This document shows positions 39,748 to 49,033 of a stretch of 64,000 nt of DNA, one piece after another. This stretch comes from a virus (Duplodnaviria; Caudoviricetes): positions 1 to 64,000 of the IMG/VR virus record IMGVR_UViG_3300027963_003275; one strand, given 5' to 3'. A model generated the notes under the pieces. That model searched no databases. It had not been told where the DNA came from and saw only the letters and a program-made list of their open reading frames with translations. The stretch's first letter is position 1. Each line of letters starts with the position of its first letter. A program made the translations under genes and the position numbers.

Positions 39748-40694
39748 TGATTATTGCAAGTTGTCCTTTAAGAATATCTCTTTTTGGTGGATCTACTGAT
39801 AATCCATATTTTGTTGAAAAATATGGTAAAGGTTCTGTGATAAGTTTTACATCCAACTTAAAAACTTACATTACTTTACATGAAGATAAACTTGGGTATA
39901 ATATGCAGGGTCGTAAGTATATTGTAAATTATTCTAAAAGAGAAGAGACTGAATTTGTTGGTGATATTAAGAATGAACTTGTTCGTATTGTTTTGAATTA
40001 TTTTGGATGTAAACCATTAACAGTGAGTATGACAAGTGATGCATATTCGCAGGGTAGTGGTTTGGCATCTTCGTCATCTTATATTATTTCTCTTATTAAG
40101 TGCATTTCAATCTTTAGTGAACTACATTTGACTGATACTGAAATTTGTAAATTATCTCTTAAATTAGAACAGGAAATGAATCCCTATTGTGGGTATCAAG
40201 ATCCTTATGGTTGTGGTGTTGGTGGATTTAAAAGAATTGATTTTGAAAGAGGAGGTATTATTAAATATGACTTCTTATCAACAGATTTTTTTAAACATTA
40301 TGATGCTCATTTGATTTTTACTGGAGTGACAAGAAACTCTAAAAATGTTCTTCAAGATGTGACTGCCAATATTGATAAATCTTTACCTTTACTTAAACTT
40401 GTGGATGATGCATATGATGCTTTAACGCAAAAAGACTATCCTTCATTTTTGGAACTATTGAATCAAAGTTGGGGACATAAAAAAGCAACGAGTTCTCTGA
40501 TAACTGAAAATGAGCAAATACAAAAAATAGACAAAGTTCTTTCCAATAATAAAGACGTGATTGCTCATAAGTTGTGTGGTGCAGGTAATGGGGGGTTTTT
40601 TTTAGTTTTTTCAAAACCAAATACCTTGAAAATTCCTTACAAATCAATTAAAATAGATGTAGAATCGAGTGGTGTAGTTGGAACAAAATTATGA
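39747..40694 (+). CDS. GHMP sugar kinase (HddA heptose-7-P kinase-like)
   Basis: PLRISLFGGSTD, GSGLASSS, GYQD, KLCGAGNGGF. Confidence 0.88.
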   Translation: MIIASCPLRISLFGGSTDNPYFVEKYGKGSVISFTSNLKTYITLHEDKLGYNMQGRKYIVNYSKREETEFVGDIKNELVRIVLNYFGCKPLTVSMTSDAYSQGSGLASSSSYIISLIKCISIFSELHLTDTEICKLSLKLEQEMNPYCGYQDPYGCGVGGFKRIDFERGGIIKYDFLSTDFFKHYDAHLIFTGVTRNSKNVLQDVTANIDKSLPLLKLVDDAYDALTQKDYPSFLELLNQSWGHKKATSSLITENEQIQKIDKVLSNNKDVIAHKLCGAGNGGFFLVFSKPNTLKIPYKSIKIDVESSGVVGTKL

Positions 40695-41194
40695 ATCCTT
40701 TTTTAAATTATATTAAAGCACTCCAAGGTGCTCATATTGAAGAGCAATTTTCTAAGTTTAAATGTGCCTTTAACAACTATGACAATATTATAATTCTTGG
40801 TAATGGTGGAAGTAATTCAGTTGCATCACATATTTCTCAAGATTATGTGAAGTTTCACAATAAGAATTCTTTGGTTTTTTCTGATCCATCAATGCTTACG
40901 TGTTTTATTAATGATTTTGGAATGGAGAATGCATATTCTAAATTCCTTCAATATTATGCTAAGACAGATACTCTTTGTATTTTAATTAGTTCAGGTGGGG
41001 AATCTAAGAATATTATTAATTGTATCAGGTATTGTGAAAGTAATGCAATTCCTTATGGTATTTTAACTGGATTTAATTTTACAAATAAAGCAAGAAGTAT
41101 TGCTAATAATGCTCTTTGGGACTATCATATTAATAGTAAAGATTATGGAATTGTTGAATGTGTACATCAAATATTTCTTCATGGAGTTGTATGA
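40691..41194 (+). CDS. SIS-domain phosphoheptose isomerase (GmhA-like)
   Basis: GNGGS..ASH, NDFG, ISSGGES.N, VE..H. Confidence 0.85.
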   Translation: MNPFLNYIKALQGAHIEEQFSKFKCAFNNYDNIIILGNGGSNSVASHISQDYVKFHNKNSLVFSDPSMLTCFINDFGMENAYSKFLQYYAKTDTLCILISSGGESKNIINCIRYCESNAIPYGILTGFNFTNKARSIANNALWDYHINSKDYGIVECVHQIFLHGVV

Positions 41195-41622
41195 AAGGAA
41201 TACTTGCTGGTGCATTTGATGTAATTCATCCTGGATATATTCGTATGTTTAAGGATGCTAAATTATATTGTAATCATTTGACGGTTGCACTTCATGAAGA
41301 TCCATCTGTAGAAAGATCACACAAACTTCAACCAATTCAAAGTGTTGAAGAAAGAATTGAAATTCTTAGAAGTATCAAATATATTAATGATGTAGTCACT
41401 TATAAAATAGAAGAACAATATCTTGACTATTTGAACAGTGGTGAATATGATATGAGGTTTCTAGGTACTGATTACAAAACCAGACCCTATACGGGACAAG
41501 ATATTCCAATTGATATTGTTTGGTTAGATAGAGAATCCCATGAATATTCATCCACAAAATTAAAAACACAAATTTACGAATCAGTTTTATTAAAAAAAAT
41601 AGAAAATAAAAATTATGACTAA
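41191..41622 (+). CDS. TagD/RfaE-like cytidylyltransferase
   Basis: GAFDVIHPG, GTDY, YSSTKL. Confidence 0.85.
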   Translation: MKGILAGAFDVIHPGYIRMFKDAKLYCNHLTVALHEDPSVERSHKLQPIQSVEERIEILRSIKYINDVVTYKIEEQYLDYLNSGEYDMRFLGTDYKTRPYTGQDIPIDIVWLDRESHEYSSTKLKTQIYESVLLKKIENKNYD

Positions 41623-42511
41623 ATGTTTAGTTACAGGAGCAGCAGGATTTATTGGTTCAAATCTTGTTGATGAATTGATCAAACAGGGGCATCAAGTTAT
41701 CGGAATTGATAATGAAAGTGCAGAATCCAATGAAGAATTTTATTGGAATAATAAATCTCAAAATTATAAGTATGATATTTGTGATTATGAAAAAACTAGA
41801 CCTCTTTATGATGGGGTTGATTATGTTTTTCATCTTGCCGCAGAATCACGTATTCAACCAGCAATTTTAAATCCAATTGAGGCAGTCACTAAAAATTGTG
41901 TTGGTACTTGTACTGTTCTTCAGTGTGCTAGAGAAGCAAGAGTGAAGAAAGTAATTTATTCATCTACATCTTCTGGTTATGGATTTAATGAACCACCAAA
42001 TAACGAAAATCAACCTGATGATTGTTTAAATCCATATTCAGTATCCAAAGTTGCAGGGGAAAAACTTTGTAAAATGTATAATGACTTGTTTGGACTTAAA
42101 ACAGTTATTTTTAGGTACTTTAATGTTTATGGTGAAAGACAACCAATTAAAGGTCAATATGCTCCAGTAATTGGTATTTTCTTACGTCAACGAAAGGATG
42201 GTGAACCTCTTACAATCGTTGGTGATGGAGAACAACGTAGAGACTTCACACACGTATCTGATGTAGTTCAAGCAAATATTCTTGCGGCAACAAAAGATGT
42301 GAATGATGAATTTTATGGAGAACTTTATAATGTAGGTAATGGAGTTAATTATTCAATTAATGAAATTGCAAATAATATTTCTGATAATCAAATAAATATT
42401 CCAGCAAGAATTGGTGAGTCAAGAACTACTCTTGCAAATAATGGAAAATTGAGAACCATTTTTGGATGGAGACCTCAAGTAAATTTAATGGATTGGATTA
42501 AAACTCAATGA
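41615..42511 (+). CDS. NAD-dependent nucleotide-sugar epimerase/dehydratase
   Basis: TGAAGFIGS, YSVSK, RYFNVYG, GDGEQRRDF. Confidence 0.92.
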   Translation: MTKCLVTGAAGFIGSNLVDELIKQGHQVIGIDNESAESNEEFYWNNKSQNYKYDICDYEKTRPLYDGVDYVFHLAAESRIQPAILNPIEAVTKNCVGTCTVLQCAREARVKKVIYSSTSSGYGFNEPPNNENQPDDCLNPYSVSKVAGEKLCKMYNDLFGLKTVIFRYFNVYGERQPIKGQYAPVIGIFLRQRKDGEPLTIVGDGEQRRDFTHVSDVVQANILAATKDVNDEFYGELYNVGNGVNYSINEIANNISDNQINIPARIGESRTTLANNGKLRTIFGWRPQVNLMDWIKTQ

Positions 42512-43206
42512 ATTTATTAATAGAATATTTTAGATCTGATGATTATCAGAGACATAGTGAATATCTTACTTGCATTCACGAGAATTTAGAAAATGAACAT
42601 ATTGAAAAAATATATGTTTTTGTTTCCGATGATTCTAAATTAAATTTTAAATCAGATAAATTGGAAATTGTCCAAATAGATGAACGTCCTACATACAAAG
42701 ATTTATTTGAGTTTTGTAATACAAATTTAAATAATCAAATTTGTATTATTTCAAATGCAGATATTATTTTTGATGATACTATATCAAATCTAAAAGAAGT
42801 TAATCTTCTGGAGGTCTTTATTGCTCTGACTAGATGGGAAGTATTTTGTGAAAATGGTGAATGGTGTATCGCACCATTTAATAATTCATCATCTCAGGAT
42901 GTATGGGCATTCCAAACCCCAATCAAAGTTACAGACGAAATGAATTTCCATCTTGGAAAACCTAGATGTGATAATAAGATTGCAAAATTAATATCAGAAA
43001 ATTATGAAATTCGTAACCCAGGACTTCAAATTATAACTTCCCATTTTCACATGTCTGGATATAGAACTTATTCTGGTAACGAAGGAATGCCTGGACCTTA
43101 TCTTTGTCTAGCTCCAAACGATGACATTAATAAAAAAACAGAATATATTGAAATTGATGGATTTCATGAAAATGGAATGGCTTATAGGATAGAAAAAAAT
43201 CAATAA
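42508..43206 (+). CDS. Glycosyltransferase-like hypothetical protein
   Basis: ISNADI, ALTRW, SQDVW, CDN, H.H. Confidence 0.5.
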   Translation: MNLLIEYFRSDDYQRHSEYLTCIHENLENEHIEKIYVFVSDDSKLNFKSDKLEIVQIDERPTYKDLFEFCNTNLNNQICIISNADIIFDDTISNLKEVNLLEVFIALTRWEVFCENGEWCIAPFNNSSSQDVWAFQTPIKVTDEMNFHLGKPRCDNKIAKLISENYEIRNPGLQIITSHFHMSGYRTYSGNEGMPGPYLCLAPNDDINKKTEYIEIDGFHENGMAYRIEKNQ

Positions 43207-43219
43207 TATAATGTGGTGC

Positions 43220-43248
43220 TTGACACCTCTTTATATTTGCTATATACT
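43220..43248 (+). promoter_or_regulatory. Sigma70-type promoter for hli
   Basis: TTGACA-17-TATACT. Confidence 0.75.
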
Positions 43249-43275
43249 ATTGTTGTAGAACTTTACAAAACTTAA

Positions 43276-43485
43276 ATGACTGTAACGACTAATGATCGTG
43301 GGCAACAAAACATGTTTGCCAAAGAACCAACAATGTACATTACGGAGAAAGACATGCAACAAAATGAAGTTGAAACTTATGCAGAACGGGCAGAAAAACT
43401 AAACGGAAGATTTGCGATGATGGGATTTGTCGCAGCAGTGATTTCATATGTAACCACTGGGCAACTAGTTCCTGGAGTATGGTGA
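43276..43485 (+). CDS. hli: High-light-inducible protein
   Basis: AEKLNGRFAMMGF...TGQLVPG. Confidence 0.95.
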   Translation: MTVTTNDRGQQNMFAKEPTMYITEKDMQQNEVETYAERAEKLNGRFAMMGFVAAVISYVTTGQLVPGVW

Positions 43486-43513
43486 AATACTAATAAAATA
43501 AGTAATCATACTT

Positions 43514-43547
43514 ATCCCCGCTCTAAATACGAGTGGGGATTTTTTTT
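43514..43547 (+). terminator. Terminator hairpin with late-promoter motif in loop
   Basis: ATCCCCGCTC-taaatac-GAGTGGGGAT + T7. Confidence 0.75.
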
Positions 43548-43553
43548 ATTTGG

Positions 43554-43631
43554 ATGATTTATCATATTTTCCAAATTTATTTTTCAATTTTTGTTGTTGT
43601 TTTGTTAATAAAAGCAGCAATCTCTAAATAG
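43554..43631 (+). CDS. Possible 25-aa single-TM peptide (MIYHIFQIYFSIFVVVLLIKAAISK)
   Basis: Manual translation; hydrophobic; just downstream of CTAAATA. Confidence 0.35.
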   Translation: MIYHIFQIYFSIFVVVLLIKAAISK

Positions 43632-43654
43632 GATAGTGTTATAAATGAGGTAAA

Positions 43655-44335
43655 ATGACCTTAGATCTTCATAACTTTTTTAAGTATTATGATGATAAGA
43701 ATGCAAATCACGTAGCAGCAGTGCAATGGTTAGAGGATAATCTTCCTGCTGAATATATGGATGATTCGGAAACAGATTGGGTAAAAATTTTTAGAACCAA
43801 ACCACCAACTCCTGCAGTTCTTGCAGTTCCTTATTTCAATCAAGTAGATAACTATAGAGATGCTCACCGTACTTGTAATAGTTCTTCTTGTGCCATGTGC
43901 CTTGAGTTTTTAAAACCAGGTACGCTCAAAGGAGCAAAGGGTGATGATGCTTATGTTCAAAAAGTATTTGCAATTGGAGACTCAACAGATCATGCGGTTC
44001 AAACCCGTGTTCTTGAAGGTTATGGTGTTAAGTCACATTTCAGTTACAATCTTTCTTTTGCTGATATTGATAAGAGTTTATCTGCTGGTAAACCTGTCGT
44101 TATTGGTATTCTTCATAGGGGTTCTCTTTCTGCACCTACTGGTGGGCACATGGTTGTAGTGATTGGTACTACTCCAGATGGTAAAGGTTATTATATCAAT
44201 GACCCTTATGGTTCATTGAATGATAATTATACTGGTCCTGTAACCAATGGACAAAAGACCATTTATACCAAAGCAGTACTCAAACATCGTTGGTGCCCAG
44301 GGGGCAATGACGGTTGGGGTCGTATTTTTCATTAA
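43655..44335 (+). CDS. C39-like (papain-fold) cysteine peptidase
   Basis: VPYFNQ, TCNSSSCAM, GKPV, GGHMVVVIG, NDPYG. Confidence 0.85.
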   Translation: MTLDLHNFFKYYDDKNANHVAAVQWLEDNLPAEYMDDSETDWVKIFRTKPPTPAVLAVPYFNQVDNYRDAHRTCNSSSCAMCLEFLKPGTLKGAKGDDAYVQKVFAIGDSTDHAVQTRVLEGYGVKSHFSYNLSFADIDKSLSAGKPVVIGILHRGSLSAPTGGHMVVVIGTTPDGKGYYINDPYGSLNDNYTGPVTNGQKTIYTKAVLKHRWCPGGNDGWGRIFH

Positions 44336-44354
44336 TCATTAAGGAGAAAAGACA

Positions 44355-45020
44355 ATGGCAAAAGTAGATTTACATAACTTTTTTAAGTTTTATGATGAGA
44401 AGAACCCCAACCATGTGAAGGGTATTCAGTGGTTGGAAGATCATTTACCCGTCAAGTATCTTGAAGATGATGTTGAATGGGCAGAAATCTATAGAGGAAA
44501 AAAGCATAGTGCTGTAGCAGCATCTGCTCCTGCCGTTACAGCATCTGGTGGTGATGATATGCCTATGATGGGACTAAAACTCATCAAAGAGTTTGAAGGA
44601 TGTAGATTAAATGCTTATCCTGATCCTCTTTCTGGAGGACTTCCAATCACAATTGGTTGGGGTGGAACTCGTAAGAAAGATGGGTCACCATTTCACATAG
44701 GTGATAAGATTACTCAAGCAGAAGCAGATGAACTTTTAATTGAAGAATGTAAGCACAACTTTCTTCCATCACTTCGTAAAATCCCACATTGGGGTGAAAT
44801 GTCTGATGGTAAAAGAGGAGCTCTACTCAGCTTTGCCTATAATTTGGGTGCTGGTTTTTATGGTAGTGGTGATTTTAATACTATCACTAAAAGACTGAAG
44901 AATAAAGAATGGGACTTAGTTCCCGATGCGCTTTACTTATACAGAAATCCTGGATCTAATGTAGAAGCAGGATTAGCACGTAGAAGAAAAGCAGAAGGTG
45001 AATCTTGGAAAAAAGGTTAA
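44355..45020 (+). CDS. GH24 lysozyme/endolysin
   Basis: IKEFEGCRLNAYPD...TIGWG, ALLSFAYNLG, GLARRRKAE. Confidence 0.92.
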   Translation: MAKVDLHNFFKFYDEKNPNHVKGIQWLEDHLPVKYLEDDVEWAEIYRGKKHSAVAASAPAVTASGGDDMPMMGLKLIKEFEGCRLNAYPDPLSGGLPITIGWGGTRKKDGSPFHIGDKITQAEADELLIEECKHNFLPSLRKIPHWGEMSDGKRGALLSFAYNLGAGFYGSGDFNTITKRLKNKEWDLVPDALYLYRNPGSNVEAGLARRRKAEGESWKKG

Positions 45021-45038
45021 CCTATTCACAAAGGAAAA

Positions 45039-45401
45039 ATGACTAACAAGAAAAACGAAAATGCTATGGGACAATTAATTCGTATATGTATCTTGGGTTG
45101 GTCTGCTGCTCTTCTTACAGCAAGTTATGCTGGTACTTTATCTAAGATGGATCCCACATTCATTGCTACAGTCTTCACTGCATCTGCTGCCACTTTTGGT
45201 ATTAATACAATGAAGAAAGGTGGTGATGAGGAGGATGAAAAGAAAGGAGAACCAAAGAGAGAAGAGTTTGTAGAAATTCCTCCAGAACCACCTGTTTCAC
45301 CAGAACCAGATGTTTCAGCAAATGCTGAAACAACAACATCCCTTGAAGAAAGAGTTGAAGCATTGGAAGAAGGTTTTGTTCAACCTCGCACAGGGGCATA
45401 A
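45039..45401 (+). CDS. Two-TM membrane protein (holin candidate)
   Basis: Two hydrophobic helices, charged acidic tail, next to lysozyme. Confidence 0.55.
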   Translation: MTNKKNENAMGQLIRICILGWSAALLTASYAGTLSKMDPTFIATVFTASAATFGINTMKKGGDEEDEKKGEPKREEFVEIPPEPPVSPEPDVSANAETTTSLEERVEALEEGFVQPRTGA

Positions 45402-45505
45402 TGGCAAAATCAGTAAACAAAGGCAAGAAAGATTCCAATGGTTCCAAACAGAATCAAGGGAATGCTACAGCAAAGAAAGCAAAGAATGGTGGCAAGAAAA
45501 AATGA
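45401..45505 (+). CDS. Small basic peptide (MAKSVNKGKK..., 34 aa)
   Basis: Manual translation; adjoins previous stop. Confidence 0.5.
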   Translation: MAKSVNKGKKDSNGSKQNQGNATAKKAKNGGKKK

Positions 45506-45511
45506 GGACTT

Positions 45512-45706
45512 ATGGCAAGAGAGTGGAACACTCCCAAACGTGAGTGTTGGAATAAACCAATACATCAAATACTTAAAGCCATAGATAACCACACCCGTCT
45601 TCATTTGGAGACGGGTAATTTTTGGCATGAGGAACAGGCACAGATACTAAGAAAGTATGTTAAAGATTTAAAAGTTTTTATACACAAAGAGGAAGGAAGA
45701 GAATGA
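45512..45706 (+). CDS. Hypothetical protein
   Basis: GAGG RBS; ORF track. Confidence 0.7.
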   Translation: MAREWNTPKRECWNKPIHQILKAIDNHTRLHLETGNFWHEEQAQILRKYVKDLKVFIHKEEGRE

Positions 45707-45813
45707 CTGATTTTCCTTGGGGAGTTTGCATAATTATCGGTTCTGGTTTAATTTTTACTTGTTATTGTATTTACTATATACTAAGAATGGCATATTTAGA
45801 GGAAAGGGAATGA
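45703..45813 (+). CDS. Small TM peptide (MTDFPWGVCIII..., 36 aa)
   Basis: ATGA-coupled on both sides; manual translation. Confidence 0.55.
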   Translation: MTDFPWGVCIIIGSGLIFTCYCIYYILRMAYLEERE

Positions 45814-46034
45814 AAGAACTATCACTAATTCTATCAGCACTCAGTTTAACTGTATCTTTAGGTTTAGCAGTTGGTGCTTATATAACCTACAAAAAAGCAG
45901 AAACGATTATCAATCACCCAGAAGACTTTGTAAGTTCCATCGTAGATAAAGTTGTGGAAGAACAAGTCGGCAAAGCATTTCAAAAATTACCCATTCCCAA
46001 CCTAAATACTTCGAAGTTTAAGTTACCATTCTGA
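45810..46034 (+). CDS. Membrane-anchored hypothetical protein
   Basis: MKELSLILSALSLTVSLGLAVG TM. Confidence 0.65.
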   Translation: MKELSLILSALSLTVSLGLAVGAYITYKKAETIINHPEDFVSSIVDKVVEEQVGKAFQKLPIPNLNTSKFKLPF

Positions 46035-46453
46035 TGGATAATAAGGATCCTTATATTTACAGAATCAAACAGATTTTAAAAGTAGTTGATGGTGATACGA
46101 TTGACGCATCAATAGATTTGGGGTTTGATATTGCATTAGAAAAAAGAATTCGTCTTGCTGGTGTAGATACTCCCGAATCAAGAACGGCAGATGTTAATGA
46201 GAAAAAGTATGGGATTGAGTCAAAAGAATGGTTGAAGCATAAAATAGAAAATGCTAAGAACATTTTAATTAAAACTGAGCTTCCAGATAGTACTGAGAAG
46301 TATGGAAGAATTATTGGTCACCTATTCATTAATGACCAAACAAACTCACTTAATGAACAAATGATTGATGCTGGCATGGCCTGGTCTTACGATGGAGGTA
46401 CAAAGAAGAAAAACTTTGCTGAATTAGATGCCAAACGTACCAGAAATTCCTGA
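46034..46453 (+). CDS. Thermonuclease (SNase-like)
   Basis: VVDGDT, RIRLAGVDTPE, EKYGR. Confidence 0.9.
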   Translation: MDNKDPYIYRIKQILKVVDGDTIDASIDLGFDIALEKRIRLAGVDTPESRTADVNEKKYGIESKEWLKHKIENAKNILIKTELPDSTEKYGRIIGHLFINDQTNSLNEQMIDAGMAWSYDGGTKKKNFAELDAKRTRNS

Positions 46454-47156
46454 TATAAAAACAAATAGTATAGAAACACCAAGGGTGGAGGTTCCAGTTA
46501 TTCGTAATTTGGAACCTCCACCTATTCTTATACCAATTAATAGAACACTTCCAAAACCTATTGTGGATGTTCCTATGGATGGTATTCCAAACTATGAACC
46601 TATTGATGCTCCTACAACTGAAGAGTTTAGGAAAATGGTAAATGCCCAACAAGAACCAAAGAAAGAAGAAGAAATACAAGATAAATCCAGAGGACTTCCA
46701 GACACTAAATCAATTACTGATACTTTAAAACAAGCACCAATTTCATTACCACCACAACAACAGAAGATTGATTCTTCAACACCAGAAATAGATGCTCCGA
46801 CTATTAATGTTCCTTATATTGGACCAATTCCAGTCCCCTCTACACAAACGGTTGTATTATCTGGCACCACTGCTACTGCTAGTGTTGCTGCGGCTCTTAT
46901 TGGCAAATCTTTGGTTGAACAGTTGGTAAAAGTTTTAAAACCACCTATTCAGCAGATCTTTGTGCGGGCAAAGCAATTGATGAACCGAGATCTGACGCCT
47001 TACGAGACTCAGTTGCTTTTTGCTTTTGAACTGGATAAGAAGACTTCAAAACTTTTGAAGAAGGAACAGAAGGCTGAGAGATTACGCCAGAGAAAGGCAT
47101 TTGCTGAATCACAACGACATCCGCACATATCTTTGCATAAGGAGAAGAAGGAATAA
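46428..47156 (+). CDS. Pro-rich membrane-associated hypothetical protein
   Basis: Pro-rich N-terminus, hydrophobic TATASVAAALIG segment, basic tail. Confidence 0.65.
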   Translation: MPNVPEIPDIKTNSIETPRVEVPVIRNLEPPPILIPINRTLPKPIVDVPMDGIPNYEPIDAPTTEEFRKMVNAQQEPKKEEEIQDKSRGLPDTKSITDTLKQAPISLPPQQQKIDSSTPEIDAPTINVPYIGPIPVPSTQTVVLSGTTATASVAAALIGKSLVEQLVKVLKPPIQQIFVRAKQLMNRDLTPYETQLLFAFELDKKTSKLLKKEQKAERLRQRKAFAESQRHPHISLHKEKKE

Positions 47157-47667
47157 AGAAGATACCTGCTTTCTTTGCTTCTCCACATTTTAATAATCTT
47201 ACAAGTTCAAAATCCAATCGTGCTTTATCAGTTTCTGCTTGTTGTCTAGCAGTCCAAGTATCTGCTGCTGTCTTGCATCTTGCTTGTAATCCACCATCTA
47301 ATGGAAATGATAAGGTAGCAGATAATCCATAATTATTTGCAAAACTATCTTTTTGACCAGTTCTTTCCAATCCATTTATTCCGGTAGTTGGATCATTATC
47401 AATATCGGCATATGCTTCAAAAGGTCTTGAACCACTTTTAGATGTGGTCATAAAGGGAGTAAGATTAAACGTTGGTCCCTGACAACTTACTCCACCACCG
47501 TATGAATTGGTCACGTATGGACCCTGTAAGACTTGTACTGCTTGGTTTGTTACACTTCCTGTTGATGTTGCCTGAGGATTTGCAATTGCAGTTACAGGAG
47601 TATCCCCCTCTGCATACGCAGGGAGAACAAAGACACTTAGGGCAAGGATTACTTTGAGACATTTCAT
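46945..47667 (-). CDS. Secreted hypothetical protein
   Basis: Signal peptide (PAYA-E); several Cys; beta-rich. Confidence 0.7.
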   Translation of the reverse strand: MKCLKVILALSVFVLPAYAEGDTPVTAIANPQATSTGSVTNQAVQVLQGPYVTNSYGGGVSCQGPTFNLTPFMTTSKSGSRPFEAYADIDNDPTTGINGLERTGQKDSFANNYGLSATLSFPLDGGLQARCKTAADTWTARQQAETDKARLDFELVRLLKCGEAKKAGIFFIPSSPYAKICADVVVIQQMPFSGVISQPSVPSSKVLKSSYPVQKQKATESRKASDLGSSIALPAQRSAE

Positions 47668-47668
47668 C

Positions 47669-48028
47669 TTACTGGGTAAATACTGACATTGAATCTGTAA
47701 CAGATTGAATTGTCGTGGTTCTATTGACTGTTGTATCTTTAATCAATCCAGGACCCATATAAGTTTCTGAAAACTGAAATGGTTGTCCTTGGTTCACAAT
47801 AGAATATCCTGCTCCAAGAGTTGGAGTTCCTGGAATATTGATATTTGTTCCAGTAACTGTATAACTAAATCCAGTTTGGAAATCTTGTTGTCTAATTATC
47901 TCATTTACTGTTGTGGTGGATTCAGTATGAGAAGTTACAGTACCACTAGTAAAGTTTGGTGTGACTGGAGCTGCTAGGGATGGTAAAGAAAACCCTAGCA
48001 GACAAATGCCTGCTAGGATATGTTTCAC
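47669..48028 (-). CDS. Secreted Thr-rich hypothetical protein
   Basis: Signal peptide (SLA-AP); PVTPNFTSG. Confidence 0.75.
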   Translation of the reverse strand: MKHILAGICLLGFSLPSLAAPVTPNFTSGTVTSHTESTTTVNEIIRQQDFQTGFSYTVTGTNINIPGTPTLGAGYSIVNQGQPFQFSETYMGPGLIKDTTVNRTTTIQSVTDSMSVFTQ

Positions 48029-48519
48029 TTGAATACGCTCAGTTCTACACTACGTTGACCAATAGCAGTGGTTCCAGCACCACCACCAGTAACTGTAAGA
48101 GCACCAGTAGTTGTATCAATTGTACCTGCAAGAGTACCTTTCTCACCTGCTACTTGTGTTGTATTCTTACCATATAGAGTTGGTGATGCAATTGCACCAT
48201 TAGTAACTGTCTGTGATGAAACAGTACTGTCTCCAACGTTTAGTGATTCTGTAAATGAGAATGCCTGACCATCATTATTGATAGCATAAGTACCAGCACT
48301 CATCGTTGCTGCTGCACTTGATGTGCCACCAGTCAATCCACCAAGTGCCGAGACACCGATGTTAGTTCCACCAACTGCGTAGGAACTACCAATTCTTTCT
48401 GTTTGTACCGCTGCACCCTGTACTGTTAATTGAACGGAATCAGTGATTCTTGATGTAATTTCACCTGCAAAAACAGGAGTAGTTAAGAATAACGAAAAGG
48501 CTAATAGAAGTCTTTTCAT
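48025..48519 (-). CDS. Secreted Thr/Gly-rich hypothetical protein
   Basis: MKRLLLAFSLFLTTPVFA signal; minus-strand ATAAATA at 48546-52. Confidence 0.75.
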   Translation of the reverse strand: MKRLLLAFSLFLTTPVFAGEITSRITDSVQLTVQGAAVQTERIGSSYAVGGTNIGVSALGGLTGGTSSAAATMSAGTYAINNDGQAFSFTESLNVGDSTVSSQTVTNGAIASPTLYGKNTTQVAGEKGTLAGTIDTTTGALTVTGGGAGTTAIGQRSVELSVFK

Positions 48520-48617
48520 TTTTCTATGTTTAATAGGACTATTAGTATTTATCGTCACCATTTTCATATTTGACTACTTATGGTATAGTATAAATAAGTC
48601 GAACTTATTAAATTTTT

Positions 48618-48824
48618 ATGACTGAACAACAAGAACATCTTGCAAATCTTATAAAGCAAGCACAAGACCTATCCCTTGAATTGGAAGGACTACAAACCAA
48701 GGCTACAGTAAAAAGAGAACTATTTTTGAAAGTACAAGGTGCGATTGAGTATCTTACACAAACAGGTGTATCCCTCCCAGAACCAGAACCCGAAGAAATC
48801 CCACTACCAGAAGTAGCAGAATGA
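48618..48824 (+). CDS. Small coiled-coil protein
   Basis: TATAAATA at 48589; KVQGAIEYL. Confidence 0.7.
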   Translation: MTEQQEHLANLIKQAQDLSLELEGLQTKATVKRELFLKVQGAIEYLTQTGVSLPEPEPEEIPLPEVAE

Positions 48825-48831
48825 TGCACGG

Positions 48832-48852
48832 TCCCCGAAAGGGGACTTTTTT
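48832..48852 (+). terminator. Rho-independent terminator
   Basis: GTCCCC-GAAA-GGGGAC + T6. Confidence 0.9.
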
Positions 48853-48857
48853 ATGCC

Positions 48858-48891
48858 TTGACAACATTGGCATCCAGTGGTATGATAAATA
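48858..48891 (+). promoter_or_regulatory. Composite sigma70 + late promoter (copy 1)
   Basis: TTGACA-17-TATGAT overlapping ATAAATA. Confidence 0.75.
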
Positions 48892-49002
48892 GATGTTAAG
48901 GAATCAACACATTTCTTAATCTTCTGCAACCGAGACCATCAGAAGTAAAGCATCTCTCATACCTGCACTGGAGGGTGTCGTGGAGTATACTGTACTTGTT
49001 CA
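48891..49002 (+). ncRNA. PhotoRC-II-like leader RNA, copy 1 (apparently truncated)
   Basis: TTAAGGAAT/ATTTCTTAA hairpin, CCGAGACC...TCTCTCATACC...GAGGG pattern; similar to the psbA leader. Confidence 0.55.
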
Positions 49003-49033
49003 ATATAAATAAGATACATATGAAATTTATAAA

